From Oceanispirochaeta sp. (GTDB taxonomy: Bacteria; Spirochaetota; Spirochaetia; DSM-2461): a stretch of 64,000 nucleotides of DNA. The position numbers were made by a program, and so were the translations under genes. The notes beneath the pieces were generated by a model that was given only the letters and a program-made list of their open reading frames with translations, was not told the origin of the DNA and ran no database searches. The stretch lies in assembly GCA_963666275.2 (NCBI GenBank), contig CAXXOA010000001.1, forward strand, positions 2,240,001-2,304,000, given 5' to 3'. Below, piece by piece: positions 29,756-39,509 of this stretch; the first letter of the stretch is position 1, and each line of letters opens with the position of its first letter.

Positions 29756-30439
29756 ATGAGAATCCACTATTTTCAGCATGTCTCTTTTGAAGGACCCGGT
29801 TCCATAAGCCAATGGGCCAGGCAGAAGGGGCACACGCTCACGGGAACAGAGCTTTTCAAGGGATCTCCCCTTCCGCAGCTGACGGAGGTGGATTTCCTGA
29901 TTCTGCTGGGAGGTCCCATGAGTATTCATGATACGGACCAGTACCCCTGGCTCACCCGGGAGGCGGCTTTTGTAGAAAAAGCTCTGAAAGCGGAAATTCC
30001 CCTTTTGGGGATCTGCCTGGGAGCTCAGCAGATAGCCCATGTTCTGGGAAGCAGGGTCATACAGGGAGAGGAAAAAGAGATAGGCTGGTTTCATCTTGAA
30101 AGACATATGGAAGCACCCGGAGACTTTCCCCTTCCCTCAGGACCTGCCTTTCACTGGCATGGTGAGACCTTCGAAATACCGGAACAGGCAGTTCCCCTGG
30201 CGTACTCCCAAGCCTGCAGGAATCAGGGATTCCTTTACAAAAAACGGGTAGCGGGACTTCAGTTTCATCTGGAATCCACTCGGGAGAGTGTCTCCGCACT
30301 TGTGGAAAACGCCGCATCCGAACTGATTCCAGGCAGGTATATACAAAATGCCGAAACGATTCTGAGAGAGGATGCCCCCTATGAAGGGCTGAACAGCAAA
30401 ATGGCCGGCATACTGGATTATTTATCTCCCGGAGGCTGA
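29756..30439 (+). CDS. Class I glutamine amidotransferase-like protein
   Basis: GGPMS, GICLGAQ (catalytic Cys) and QFHLE; ATG 29756 follows a GGAGG RBS. Confidence 0.88.
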   Translation: MRIHYFQHVSFEGPGSISQWARQKGHTLTGTELFKGSPLPQLTEVDFLILLGGPMSIHDTDQYPWLTREAAFVEKALKAEIPLLGICLGAQQIAHVLGSRVIQGEEKEIGWFHLERHMEAPGDFPLPSGPAFHWHGETFEIPEQAVPLAYSQACRNQGFLYKKRVAGLQFHLESTRESVSALVENAASELIPGRYIQNAETILREDAPYEGLNSKMAGILDYLSPGG

Positions 30440-31275
30440 TCTCCCGGCGTAAAACCCTTTTCGTATATGTATTCGGGATAAAACCCCAGCCTGGTATCAC
30501 TGTCGATTCCGGCAATGCGCTCCATTTCCCCGTCGGTCAGTTCAAAATCAAAGATATCTCTGTTCTCTGCCATTCTTTCAGGATTCACAGATTTGGGGAT
30601 GCAGATGATTTCCCTCTGGAAATGCCATCTCAGGGTAATCTGAACGGGATTTTTGCCGTATTTTTCTGCAAGTTCCTGCAGAAAGGGCATCTGCAGTACC
30701 CTGCCCTTCATAATGGGTGACCAGGCTTCCACTCTGATATTCCGGCTGTTGCAGTAGCTGACAAGGTCCTCCTGCTGAAGGCCCGGGTGGAGTTCCACCT
30801 GATTCACAGCCGGTACGATATCACTCTTCCCTATCAGATCTTCCAGATAGGCGGGAGTGTAATTGCTGACTCCGATGGATCGGATCCTCCCCACCCGGTA
30901 CAGCTCCTCCATGGCCTTCCAGGATTCCAGTGCGAGAGGCCGGGGCCAGTGAATCAGATACAGATCCAGATAATCGGTCTGCAGGGCATCAAGAGACTTT
31001 TCAAAGGAAGCTTTTGTTTTCTCATAACCCAGATCATCCATCCAGACTTTGCTTGTAATAAACAGTTCTTCCCTGGGAATCCCGCTGTCTTTTAACGCCA
31101 GCCCCACACCTTTTTCATTTTTATAGTAGGAAGCCGTATCGATATGCCTGTATCCGCACTTTAAGGCCTCCAGCACGGCTTCGCCGGCAGATTTATCATC
31201 CATAGTAAATGTTCCATAACCGAGGGCTGGAATGGAAAGGCCGTTGTTCAGGGTAAACGAGGTATCAGATTTCAT
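30418..31275 (-). CDS. Aldo/keto reductase
   Basis: GYRHIDTA..Y, TSKVW, DLYLIHWP, IGVSNY, NQVELHP and IPKS. Confidence 0.93.
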   Translation of the reverse strand: MKSDTSFTLNNGLSIPALGYGTFTMDDKSAGEAVLEALKCGYRHIDTASYYKNEKGVGLALKDSGIPREELFITSKVWMDDLGYEKTKASFEKSLDALQTDYLDLYLIHWPRPLALESWKAMEELYRVGRIRSIGVSNYTPAYLEDLIGKSDIVPAVNQVELHPGLQQEDLVSYCNSRNIRVEAWSPIMKGRVLQMPFLQELAEKYGKNPVQITLRWHFQREIICIPKSVNPERMAENRDIFDFELTDGEMERIAGIDSDTRLGFYPEYIYEKGFTPGDQPPGDK

Positions 31276-31340
31276 AATGTAGCGTCACTCCTTGATTTAT
31301 ATCTTCATCCCGGGGAGAGAAGTTTTAAACTATTATAACA

Positions 31341-31370
31341 GAAAAAACCACCGGCACAAACCGGTGGTTC
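31341..31370 (-). terminator. Intrinsic terminator
   Basis: AACCACCGG-cacaaa-CCGGTGGTT with an A-run on the left, downstream of 31396..32007. Confidence 0.75.
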
Positions 31371-31395
31371 TCCATTCTTTACGATTCGGGAATGT

Positions 31396-32007
31396 TTACT
31401 GAATAGAAGAGGATGCGGGATTCTGACTCAGCAGGTTGTCCACCTCACTCTGCAGTTCCTGAGACTGGGCCACAGTGGAATCCAGAGAAAGTCCTTCGTC
31501 TTCTGTGAACTTGATACTGGCTTCGAGGATATCAATTCTGGATGTGTTCCTTTTCATTTCCAGATTATTGGTGCTGATATAGCGGGCATTGAGTTCCATC
31601 TGTTTGTTATGGCTGTCAATCTGATTGAGCAGTTCATCAGTCTTTCTTTCAAGAGCATAGCGCTGTTTTCTGTTTTCTGTTATCTGTGCGTTCAGCTTGC
31701 TTTTCATTTCAGCATCATTGACAGACTGAAACAGGGAATACAGTTCACCTGCCTGTTTTTTTACCTTGGTCATGGTGATGGAAATCTCTCTCACAAGGGC
31801 TTCCATATCCACAACTTCTGACTGAAGAGTGTCTATCTGAGCCTGAAGTTCTCCATTCTGGGTAGTCATATCGCTGTTGCTCTGGGTAAGCACTTCAATT
31901 TCCGCACGGGATTCGGGGATATCGACTGCGTAGGGAGTCGTCCTGGCTGCAAATACATTTCCTGATATAAGTAATATTCCTGTTAACACCAACAAAATCT
32001 TTTTCAT
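31396..32007 (-). CDS. Exported coiled-coil protein
   Basis: Signal peptide ending VFA, continuous heptad pattern and AAGGAG RBS. Confidence 0.75.
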   Translation of the reverse strand: MKKILLVLTGILLISGNVFAARTTPYAVDIPESRAEIEVLTQSNSDMTTQNGELQAQIDTLQSEVVDMEALVREISITMTKVKKQAGELYSLFQSVNDAEMKSKLNAQITENRKQRYALERKTDELLNQIDSHNKQMELNARYISTNNLEMKRNTSRIDILEASIKFTEDEGLSLDSTVAQSQELQSEVDNLLSQNPASSSIQ

Positions 32008-32162
32008 TTAAATGCTCCTTAAATCTATTTGGATCTTTATTATTTACTGATCCGAATAGTAAAAGAGAGAGTTGGAGAAAATTAAAGCCTTTGGTGTGTT
32101 TTTAATGATGATTGTCGACAGATTTATGAACAGTTCTTCATATTTCACCACAGTCCGGAAAA

Positions 32163-33377
32163 CTACTGCCTGTAGGAGGCAAAGAATTTTTCCAGCCGCT
32201 CCGCAACTATCGATAGAACTTCAAGGTCCGGAAGAAAAACCATTCTGAAATGATCCGGTTCCTTCCAGTTGAAACCGGTTCCCTGAACAAGGAGGGTTCT
32301 CGTTTCGGTCAGAATATCATAAATGAGTTTTTCATCGTTCCTGATCCTGAACTTTTTAGTATCCACCCGGGGAAACATATAGAGGGCTCCTCTGGGTTTG
32401 ACACAGCTGATGCCGGGAATATTCACAAGTTTTTCATAAAAATAGTCTCTCTGGCTCAGAAGGCGGCCGCCGGGTTTTACAAGGTCCTTGATACTCTGAT
32501 ATCCCCCCAGAGCGGTCTGAATTCCCAGCTGAGCCGGAACATTGCTGCATAATCGCATATTCGACAGGATATCCAGACCTTCTATGTAATCCACAGCGTG
32601 TTTTTTATCCCCGCTGAGAATCATCCATCCCGCCCGGAATCCCGCCGCCCTGTAGGATTTGGAGAGTCCGTTGAACGTTATTATGAGAAGATCATCAGCC
32701 AGCGATGCCATGGGGGTATGAACAACATCGTCATAGGTGATTTTGTCATAGATCTCGTCGGCAAAGACTATAAGTCCGTTTTTCCGGGCCAGTTCAAGGA
32801 TGCCTTCGAGTATGTCCCTGGGATAGACGCTTCCTGTGGGATTATTCGGATTGATTACAACGATGCCCTTGGTTTTCGGAGTAATCTTACTCTCTATATC
32901 CTTCAGATCGGGATACCAGTCGGACTGTTCATCACAGAGGTAATGCACTGCATTTCCCCCCGCCAGAACGGAAGCGGCAGTCCATAAAGGATAATCCGGC
33001 ATGGGAATCAGAATCTCATCGCCGTTATCAAGAAGCCCCTGCATAGCCATGGTAATCAGCTCACTGACTCCGTTTCCAAGATAGATATCATCTATATCCA
33101 CTCCCTGGATCCCCAGTCTCTGACACTCATGCATCACAGCCTTTCTGGCCGAGAAGACTCCCTTGGAATCACTGTACCCCTGGGCTTCGGCCAGATTGCA
33201 GATAATATCATGGCGGATCTCATCGGGGGCATCAAAACCGAAAGCCGCGGGATTACCCGTATTGAGTTTCAGGATACGGTATCCCTCTTCTTCAAGCCTG
33301 ACGGCCTCTTTCAGAACAGGTCCTCTGATATCGTAACAGACATTATCCAGTTTGTGAGATTTGTTGATATTGCGCAT
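32163..33377 (-). CDS. alaA: PLP-dependent alanine transaminase (AlaA/AlaT type)
   Basis: YDIRGP, LNTGNP, GNGVSELI, INPNNPTG, DEIYD and GLSKSY. Confidence 0.9.
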   Translation of the reverse strand: MRNINKSHKLDNVCYDIRGPVLKEAVRLEEEGYRILKLNTGNPAAFGFDAPDEIRHDIICNLAEAQGYSDSKGVFSARKAVMHECQRLGIQGVDIDDIYLGNGVSELITMAMQGLLDNGDEILIPMPDYPLWTAASVLAGGNAVHYLCDEQSDWYPDLKDIESKITPKTKGIVVINPNNPTGSVYPRDILEGILELARKNGLIVFADEIYDKITYDDVVHTPMASLADDLLIITFNGLSKSYRAAGFRAGWMILSGDKKHAVDYIEGLDILSNMRLCSNVPAQLGIQTALGGYQSIKDLVKPGGRLLSQRDYFYEKLVNIPGISCVKPRGALYMFPRVDTKKFRIRNDEKLIYDILTETRTLLVQGTGFNWKEPDHFRMVFLPDLEVLSIVAERLEKFFASYRQ

Positions 33378-33387
33378 GTTTTACCCT

Positions 33388-34200
33388 TTACTGATTGCTG
33401 CTGTATAACCAGTTCAAGCTGTCTTCCAGAATACTGGAAAGGAGCATAACTGTCACATTAGAGTTTTTCGACTTGCTTATATCTTTTTCAAGACTTTTTT
33501 TCGAGGGAAAGCGGCTCAGAAAATCTTTCCTGTTCTCTGCCAGAAACTCCTCTGAACCGGAATGGCCGACAGTCGTGTTGTAAAGATACAGAGAAAGGAG
33601 CTGCAATACGGGATCTTTTTTCCGGGAGGCCAGTTCTTTCAAATGCGGTTCGGCTTCCTCCATCTCCTGTCCGGAAAGGAGCAGAAAGGTATAACACCAG
33701 TTGAGCCAGGGGTTTTCCTTTTTTCCCGAAAGGTTGAGACACTCCTGAAAAAACTTTTTCCCCTCTTCCAGGTTCTGGTTGAGCAGATAGGGAATTCCCA
33801 GAGAAACTCCGTAAACAGCCAGCCGGGAGTTCTTTTTTTCCCGGATCTCTTTTTCAAGACGTTTGATCTTATCCAGGTTGGATATGGTAAGAGATGTATT
33901 GATCATCATCTTGATATTTCTATGGGAGATTCTACCCTTTTCATAAATTTCCTGCTCCAGATAGGCAGTCAATCCGGGCCAGTCTTCTTTCTCAAGAAGA
34001 GAAAACATCTTCCAGTTGATAATGAAATACCCGTCCAGGACCGATATAAAAAGGAGGAAGATAACGGCAAGAAACCAGTTTTCACTCCAGAAGATCATGG
34101 TATATTCCCCTCCCAGAACAAAGAGGGGCATAAGAGCTATGAAAAGAAAGGAAAACAGTATTATTCCGTTAAACAGGAAAAAAATGGTTTTAAATTTCAT
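33388..34200 (-). CDS. Hypothetical membrane protein (2 TM + helical repeat region)
   Basis: Two N-terminal TM helices and a TPR-like remainder; start refined to ATG 34200 with AGGAG RBS. Confidence 0.7.
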   Translation of the reverse strand: MKFKTIFFLFNGIILFSFLFIALMPLFVLGGEYTMIFWSENWFLAVIFLLFISVLDGYFIINWKMFSLLEKEDWPGLTAYLEQEIYEKGRISHRNIKMMINTSLTISNLDKIKRLEKEIREKKNSRLAVYGVSLGIPYLLNQNLEEGKKFFQECLNLSGKKENPWLNWCYTFLLLSGQEMEEAEPHLKELASRKKDPVLQLLSLYLYNTTVGHSGSEEFLAENRKDFLSRFPSKKSLEKDISKSKNSNVTVMLLSSILEDSLNWLYSSNQ

Positions 34201-34276
34201 CGTAGTTGCTCCTATAATGGAAGTAGTGTAAATTATATCCATTACGGGGTCAACTCAGAGAAGAAGTAGGAGAGTA

Positions 34277-35458
34277 ATGAACAGGATTGAAACGAGAAGC
34301 CTGAAAGAGGGAATGTACTTTGAGTCTCCTGTCTTTTTAGGCGAAAACTATATACTGCTGACACCGGATACACCTGTTACTGTCACACTGATAAAGAACC
34401 TTCAGAACTGGGGCTTTTCGGAATTATTGACCGAAGGGTCTCCTGTAGGAAGAGAAACTCCTGCCAAATCGTCGGTTGCCATGGTAAAGGGCGCTACCCT
34501 CGATCAGGATATAAAAGACAAGGAAGGACTGGCACGGGCCCAGTCTTTTTACAATGATATGACCCAGTCGGTGGAGAAGATTCTCAACCGATTCAAAGAA
34601 GATACCGTCCTGAATCTGAGCATCATCACCGAAGAGGTGAAAAAAGCCATAACCATGATTCGGGAAGATGAAAAATATATCCTGAGATTTCAGGAGATAT
34701 CCCTGAATGAGAAACTCAACTACAACATCCTCCATTCTGTAAGATCCATGATCCTCTCTCTGGCCATCGGAGAAAGGATGAAGATGCCCAATCACAAACT
34801 GATTGAGCTGGGTATAGCCTCGATGCTGCACGAAGTGGGAATGCTTCAGATTCCCAGCAAAATCTACCAGAAGGAAGGAGCCCTTACAGAAGCGGAGAAA
34901 AAGGTCATTAATGCCCATACAGTCCTGGGCTACCGCTCGCTCCGGGAGTTTTCCCTTCCCAGGGATGTCCTCCTGGGAATACTGGAACACCACGAGAGAA
35001 CCGACGGATCCGGTTACCCCCAGGGTCTGGACAATATGAAGATCTCCCGTTTCGGCAAAATCATAGCCGTGGCCTGTTCCTATGATGCCCAGATTTCCAA
35101 CAGACCCTTCCGGTCCAGCCGGGATGCCCATACAAGTCTGACGGGAATGCTCAAAGAGATGCGTTCTCACTACGATGAAGAGGTTATGAAAGCCCTGCTG
35201 AGTCTCCTTTCCATCTATCCGATTGGAAGCTATGTGGTCCTTGAAAACAGTTACACAGGCGTGGTTGTGGAAACAGATCCGGATAACTTCCGTTATCCCA
35301 CGGTCAAACTGCTCCTGGATGCCAATGGACACAACCTGAAAGAACAGCCTGTTATTCAGACAAGAGATGAAAGCGGCTTCAGGGTTACCACCGTGTTGAG
35401 CAGCCATGATATCCAGCAGATTAAAAAGAAACTTCATGAGGATACCGGGCAAGCTTGA
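34277..35458 (+). CDS. HD-GYP domain protein (variant motifs)
   Basis: HHERTDGSGYP is present; the HD dyad reads LHEVG and the later Asp position reads VACSYDA. Confidence 0.85.
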   Translation: MNRIETRSLKEGMYFESPVFLGENYILLTPDTPVTVTLIKNLQNWGFSELLTEGSPVGRETPAKSSVAMVKGATLDQDIKDKEGLARAQSFYNDMTQSVEKILNRFKEDTVLNLSIITEEVKKAITMIREDEKYILRFQEISLNEKLNYNILHSVRSMILSLAIGERMKMPNHKLIELGIASMLHEVGMLQIPSKIYQKEGALTEAEKKVINAHTVLGYRSLREFSLPRDVLLGILEHHERTDGSGYPQGLDNMKISRFGKIIAVACSYDAQISNRPFRSSRDAHTSLTGMLKEMRSHYDEEVMKALLSLLSIYPIGSYVVLENSYTGVVVETDPDNFRYPTVKLLLDANGHNLKEQPVIQTRDESGFRVTTVLSSHDIQQIKKKLHEDTGQA

Positions 35459-35530
35459 CAGGACTGCCCCGGCAGTATTATTTTTTCATCCCGTAATAAT
35501 CCTTATTCACTAGCTACAGAGAGATGTAAT

Positions 35531-36625
35531 TTGTCATTCACAAGTACTATGCACAACAGATTGAAAGAGTATATTCAGGCTGCAGGTCAGTCGGAAAAGC
35601 AGGCTTTATTCAACGAACTTGCCGCCGCCCTGCCCAGCCCCCTATTCATTACAGGCTGTGAAATAATCCCGGAGGATCACCCCCTCAAACAGGAAGCCTG
35701 GATCGTCTCAGACGCTTTTGAAGCCGTAACCAACGGCATGTTCTCCTTTGAACTCTCCCGGCAGCTGGATCTGATCGGGGAAGACTCTCTTCTGTATCCC
35801 TGGGCTCAGCTTACAAAAGCGGTAGAAGCATTTTACAACAGGAACAGCGAAGAGGCCTTCAGAATACTGGAGACTCTGCCGGAAGACTCCGCCCCCGGCA
35901 GGTTCAGGGAATTTTTTGCCGCCCTGATAGAGAGCGGGGATTTCTCCGAAGAATGGTTGAAACTTAAAAATGCCGTCCTTGACGATGCTATAGATCTGAA
36001 GAGCGGGCTGGAACAGCTTTCCGAAGCCGCCCAGGCGGGGATGGAGGATCTTATGCTCGAAACAGCGGGCATGATTATCCGGGATATCCGTAAAGACCAT
36101 CCGGACAAAGCGGCGGAGATACTCATCTGGACTTTTGAACAGCTGCAGGAATCGGATGTGCTTTCAGACAAAGCCGCAGAGATGGCGCAGCTGCTTTTCG
36201 GAGAAACCGAAGGACTGCGGCTGACAGCCCTGTCCACACTCTCCTTTGATCAGGACAGGAGCCTGATCTACTGGCTGCTGGCACTGCATTCCTATCTGCA
36301 GAGCCGGGAAACAAGAGAATTCGAGGTGAAAGCCTATCTGAGGATCATATGCGATGTGGCAGAGACTGTAACCCTTGAGTTTGAACTGACAGAAGAATAC
36401 CTGTCCCTTCTCATCACCCATACGGAATCTCTTGTTGAGCGTCTGAACCATATCTATCCGGATATAACATCCCGGGTAAGTCTGAATCACCAGAATACAA
36501 CGGCGGGCATACTGTCACTCCTACAGGGTCTGGCAGGAGAAGAACAGGTTCATCACGGAAGAGCCCATAAAAAGACAATCCAGAATACTCCGGCCCCTGT
36601 ACAGCTGGAATTATTTGCATTTTAA
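35531..36625 (+). CDS. Hypothetical all-helical protein with C-terminal QLELF motif
   Basis: 364-aa ORF with helical composition, ending ..PVQLELFAF. Confidence 0.7.
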   Translation: MSFTSTMHNRLKEYIQAAGQSEKQALFNELAAALPSPLFITGCEIIPEDHPLKQEAWIVSDAFEAVTNGMFSFELSRQLDLIGEDSLLYPWAQLTKAVEAFYNRNSEEAFRILETLPEDSAPGRFREFFAALIESGDFSEEWLKLKNAVLDDAIDLKSGLEQLSEAAQAGMEDLMLETAGMIIRDIRKDHPDKAAEILIWTFEQLQESDVLSDKAAEMAQLLFGETEGLRLTALSTLSFDQDRSLIYWLLALHSYLQSRETREFEVKAYLRIICDVAETVTLEFELTEEYLSLLITHTESLVERLNHIYPDITSRVSLNHQNTTAGILSLLQGLAGEEQVHHGRAHKKTIQNTPAPVQLELFAF

Positions 36626-36636
36626 GGGATTTTACT

Positions 36637-36954
36637 ATGAATACGCTTGATATGATCAATCTTACAATCAACCCCTGGCAGCTTCTGGGAGTCTCTCCTG
36701 AAGCCGATGACAGGGAGATAGAGGAAGCCTGGGAGAACCTTTCCAACGGCCATAGAAAAAATGATATGATCCGGCAGGCCTATCAGCTGATAGCCACCGA
36801 ACAGAGCCGGGCCCAGTTCCGTCTTTTATCTCCCCATCAGGCGGGAGATCCCGAAGAGATGATGGAGGATATCCCTCCCAGGCCTGTCTACTCCGGTCCC
36901 GGGATCTGGTATAAAACTCTTTCGAACAAACTGAAAACTCTGACTGAAGAGTAA
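36637..36954 (+). CDS. Small J-domain-like protein lacking HPD
   Basis: NPWQLLGVSPEADDREIEEAW ... IRQAYQLIA..SRAQF match J-domain helices I, II, III and IV. Confidence 0.65.
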   Translation: MNTLDMINLTINPWQLLGVSPEADDREIEEAWENLSNGHRKNDMIRQAYQLIATEQSRAQFRLLSPHQAGDPEEMMEDIPPRPVYSGPGIWYKTLSNKLKTLTEE

Positions 36955-37032
36955 GGCTATATTTCGGGTAGTTCTATAGACTCACCCATGTTAAACTGAT
37001 CTGGATATAAAACAGCACAGGAGCAGCTCCCA

Positions 37033-38562
37033 TTGATAGGCAGAGAGACGTTAACACCAGAAGATGTCAAGGAGATGGAGAGAGCAGGAATCGACATATC
37101 CCTGTCCCTTTCGATTCTCAGAGATTACAATGCCGGTATTATCGGACAGACTCCCCCGGTTATACCCAAAGGGATTCCCGAACCCGACGGGGAAAGGATA
37201 CTGGATTTACGAAATCCCGAATCCGTCTATTTCACAGGGGAACAGATAAACCGTTTTTTAAAGCAGTTCCCCGAGTTCAACGATCTCAGCGAACTGACAG
37301 AACAGAAAGGCGGCCGGAATCTTTCCGTATCCCTTCTGGAGAAGATCGGAACCCGGCTTTTTTCCCGGCTGTCCTATGGTTTCCTCAACGGCGGTTCCGC
37401 CACATCCTACGGGGATATTAAAAAAAACAGAGCGTTCAATCCGGAGCTCTTTGATCTTTACGAAAAGACCTTCCTGGGCCTGAGCCAGAGAGCCAATGGA
37501 CGTCCCAAGGGTGTCACTCCGGCGTTTATTCAGCCCGACGGCACAGAGGGCCCCTCCTATATGGAGATGAAGCTCCGGTCACTCCTGATATGCTCCCGCA
37601 GGGGAAACTGCAGGATCCCCTTTTTTCAGATGACCAGCGTCGCCAATAACGGGGAGGTCACCGAAGCCCTGAAGGCCTTCGGAGAAAGCCCCTGGCTCAA
37701 AGATCTGGCCTCGGAAAGGGACTTCAGGGTCTGGGAGGGACTGACCGGCGTACAGCCCATGATAACGGCCTATACCCATAGCAGCATTGGAAGAGAAAAA
37801 GGTATTTTCAGAACTCCCGATCAGGAAAATGGCCGCATCCTCCCCCTCCCGGGGGGTCACGGACAGTGTTTCCGGGTGCTGAAAGACACTTTCAAGACTC
37901 TCCATGACAGGGGAATCCGCTTTGTCAGCCTGGGAAATATAGACAATCTGGGCTACACGCCGGATGCTCTCTCCCTGGCTGTTCTGGCTATAAAAGGAAA
38001 CCCTGCGGGCTTTGATTTTTCATTCAGGACAGCCGTGGACGTCAAAGGGGGAGTCCTTGTCATTGATCAGGATGATCGCCTGAACTGTGTCGACCTGGGC
38101 GTGGGAATCCCCTCACAGGAGATCGAGGAACGGGAAAAGAAAGGGGCAAAAATCCTTTTCAACTGTGCCACCGGCCTTTTCGACCTGACCTGGCTGCTGG
38201 AAAATATAGACAGAATAATGGCGGAGCTGCCGACCCGGTTCAGTGATCAGTCAAAAGATGCGGGAAATTATTCCCAGGCCGAACAGGTTACCTGGGAGGT
38301 TATCGGAATGATCGAAAACCCGCTGATATTCGGTATAGACAAATTTAAACGCTTTCTTGCCGCAAAAATGCTTGTGGAGAATATGCTCACATCAGGCATC
38401 GGGCTGGATTCTCCGGATTTTCCCGGAGGGAAAGAGAGCGACCTGGCTGTGACGGCAGCCCGTCTTCATAAGGGCCTGGAGAATCTTTTAACAACCAGAT
38501 ATGATCTGGTACTTGAAAATAATACATGGCAGCCCCGGGAAGCCTCCGGAAAAAAAGAATAA
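37033..38562 (+). CDS. UTP--glucose-1-phosphate uridylyltransferase (UDPGP family, not GalU type)
   Basis: [27 protein letters not shown] and FNCATG motifs. Confidence 0.82.
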   Translation: MIGRETLTPEDVKEMERAGIDISLSLSILRDYNAGIIGQTPPVIPKGIPEPDGERILDLRNPESVYFTGEQINRFLKQFPEFNDLSELTEQKGGRNLSVSLLEKIGTRLFSRLSYGFLNGGSATSYGDIKKNRAFNPELFDLYEKTFLGLSQRANGRPKGVTPAFIQPDGTEGPSYMEMKLRSLLICSRRGNCRIPFFQMTSVANNGEVTEALKAFGESPWLKDLASERDFRVWEGLTGVQPMITAYTHSSIGREKGIFRTPDQENGRILPLPGGHGQCFRVLKDTFKTLHDRGIRFVSLGNIDNLGYTPDALSLAVLAIKGNPAGFDFSFRTAVDVKGGVLVIDQDDRLNCVDLGVGIPSQEIEEREKKGAKILFNCATGLFDLTWLLENIDRIMAELPTRFSDQSKDAGNYSQAEQVTWEVIGMIENPLIFGIDKFKRFLAAKMLVENMLTSGIGLDSPDFPGGKESDLAVTAARLHKGLENLLTTRYDLVLENNTWQPREASGKKE

Positions 38563-38573
38563 GGACGAAACAG

Positions 38574-38957
38574 ATGCAGAATTGCCCATTGGATTTTAAC
38601 AAGGCCGGAGGTCTCATCCCCGTGATCGTACAGGACTTTGCCACAGGAGAGATCCTGATGCAGGCATACATCAACGAAGAAGCCTGGAACGAGTCTGTTG
38701 CCACAGGAAGAGGAGTCTATTTTTCCCGCAGCCGGCAGAAACTCTGGCGAAAGGGTGAATCATCGGGGAATTATCAGATTCTGAAAGAGATCCGTGTGGA
38801 CTGCGACAACGATTCGGTCATCTATAAAGTGGATCAGATAGGAGGCGCTGCCTGTCACACCGGACACAGAAGCTGTTACTACCGGGTATGGCAGGACGGA
38901 GAACTTGTGACCCAGGGAGAACCTCTTTTCAACCCCGATGAAGTTTACAAGAAATAG
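38574..38957 (+). CDS. hisI: Phosphoribosyl-AMP cyclohydrolase
   Basis: [20 protein letters not shown] and [10 protein letters not shown]; start refined to ATG 38574. Confidence 0.95.
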   Translation: MQNCPLDFNKAGGLIPVIVQDFATGEILMQAYINEEAWNESVATGRGVYFSRSRQKLWRKGESSGNYQILKEIRVDCDNDSVIYKVDQIGGAACHTGHRSCYYRVWQDGELVTQGEPLFNPDEVYKK

Positions 38958-38962
38958 CGGCT

Positions 38963-39457
38963 ATGGACAGGGAATACGAAAAGCTTCTTGAACAGGCAAA
39001 AAACAGGTATAAAGAGAATAAAAGGTATTTCCAGAAGCTGAAGAAAATGAAAAGCGGTCAGGTGGATACACTGATGCAGGACCTTCATGAGCAGGTCTTT
39101 CAGGAACTGGACTGCCTGAAGTGCGCCAACTGCTGCCATGGGACGGGCCCCCTTCTCAGAGAGCGGGATATAACCCGCCTTTCCCGGGCCCTGAAAATCA
39201 AACCGGGAGACTTTGTTCAGTCCTATCTGAAGGTGGATGAGGAAGAGGATTTTGTCTTCAATGCTCTCCCCTGCCCCTTCCTCTGTCCCGACAACTACTG
39301 CAGCGTCTATGAGAACCGTCCCGGAGCCTGCTGGGATTTTCCCCACACAGACAATATGTCCTTTAAAAAATACACAGTCCAGATGCTTCAGAACACTCTG
39401 ATCTGTCCGGCTGTTTCTCTTATTTTTGAAAAGATGAAAGAAGAGATTCCCTGCTGA
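38963..39457 (+). CDS. YkgJ-family cysteine-cluster protein
   Basis: CLKCANCC, CPFL, CSVYENRPGACWDFP and CP. Confidence 0.88.
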   Translation: MDREYEKLLEQAKNRYKENKRYFQKLKKMKSGQVDTLMQDLHEQVFQELDCLKCANCCHGTGPLLRERDITRLSRALKIKPGDFVQSYLKVDEEEDFVFNALPCPFLCPDNYCSVYENRPGACWDFPHTDNMSFKKYTVQMLQNTLICPAVSLIFEKMKEEIPC

Positions 39458-39509
39458 TCCTGTCCACTGTAATAAGAAAAGCAGGATCAGCAGGAAAGCT
39501 TGGAAGAGG

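Noticed and set aside
34424..35452. 342-aa minus-strand ORF, and similar long shadows at 12107-12928, 42435-43202, 54541-55335, 56205-57056 and 62338-63153
   Set aside because: Each lies antisense to a well-supported gene and has no recognisable features.
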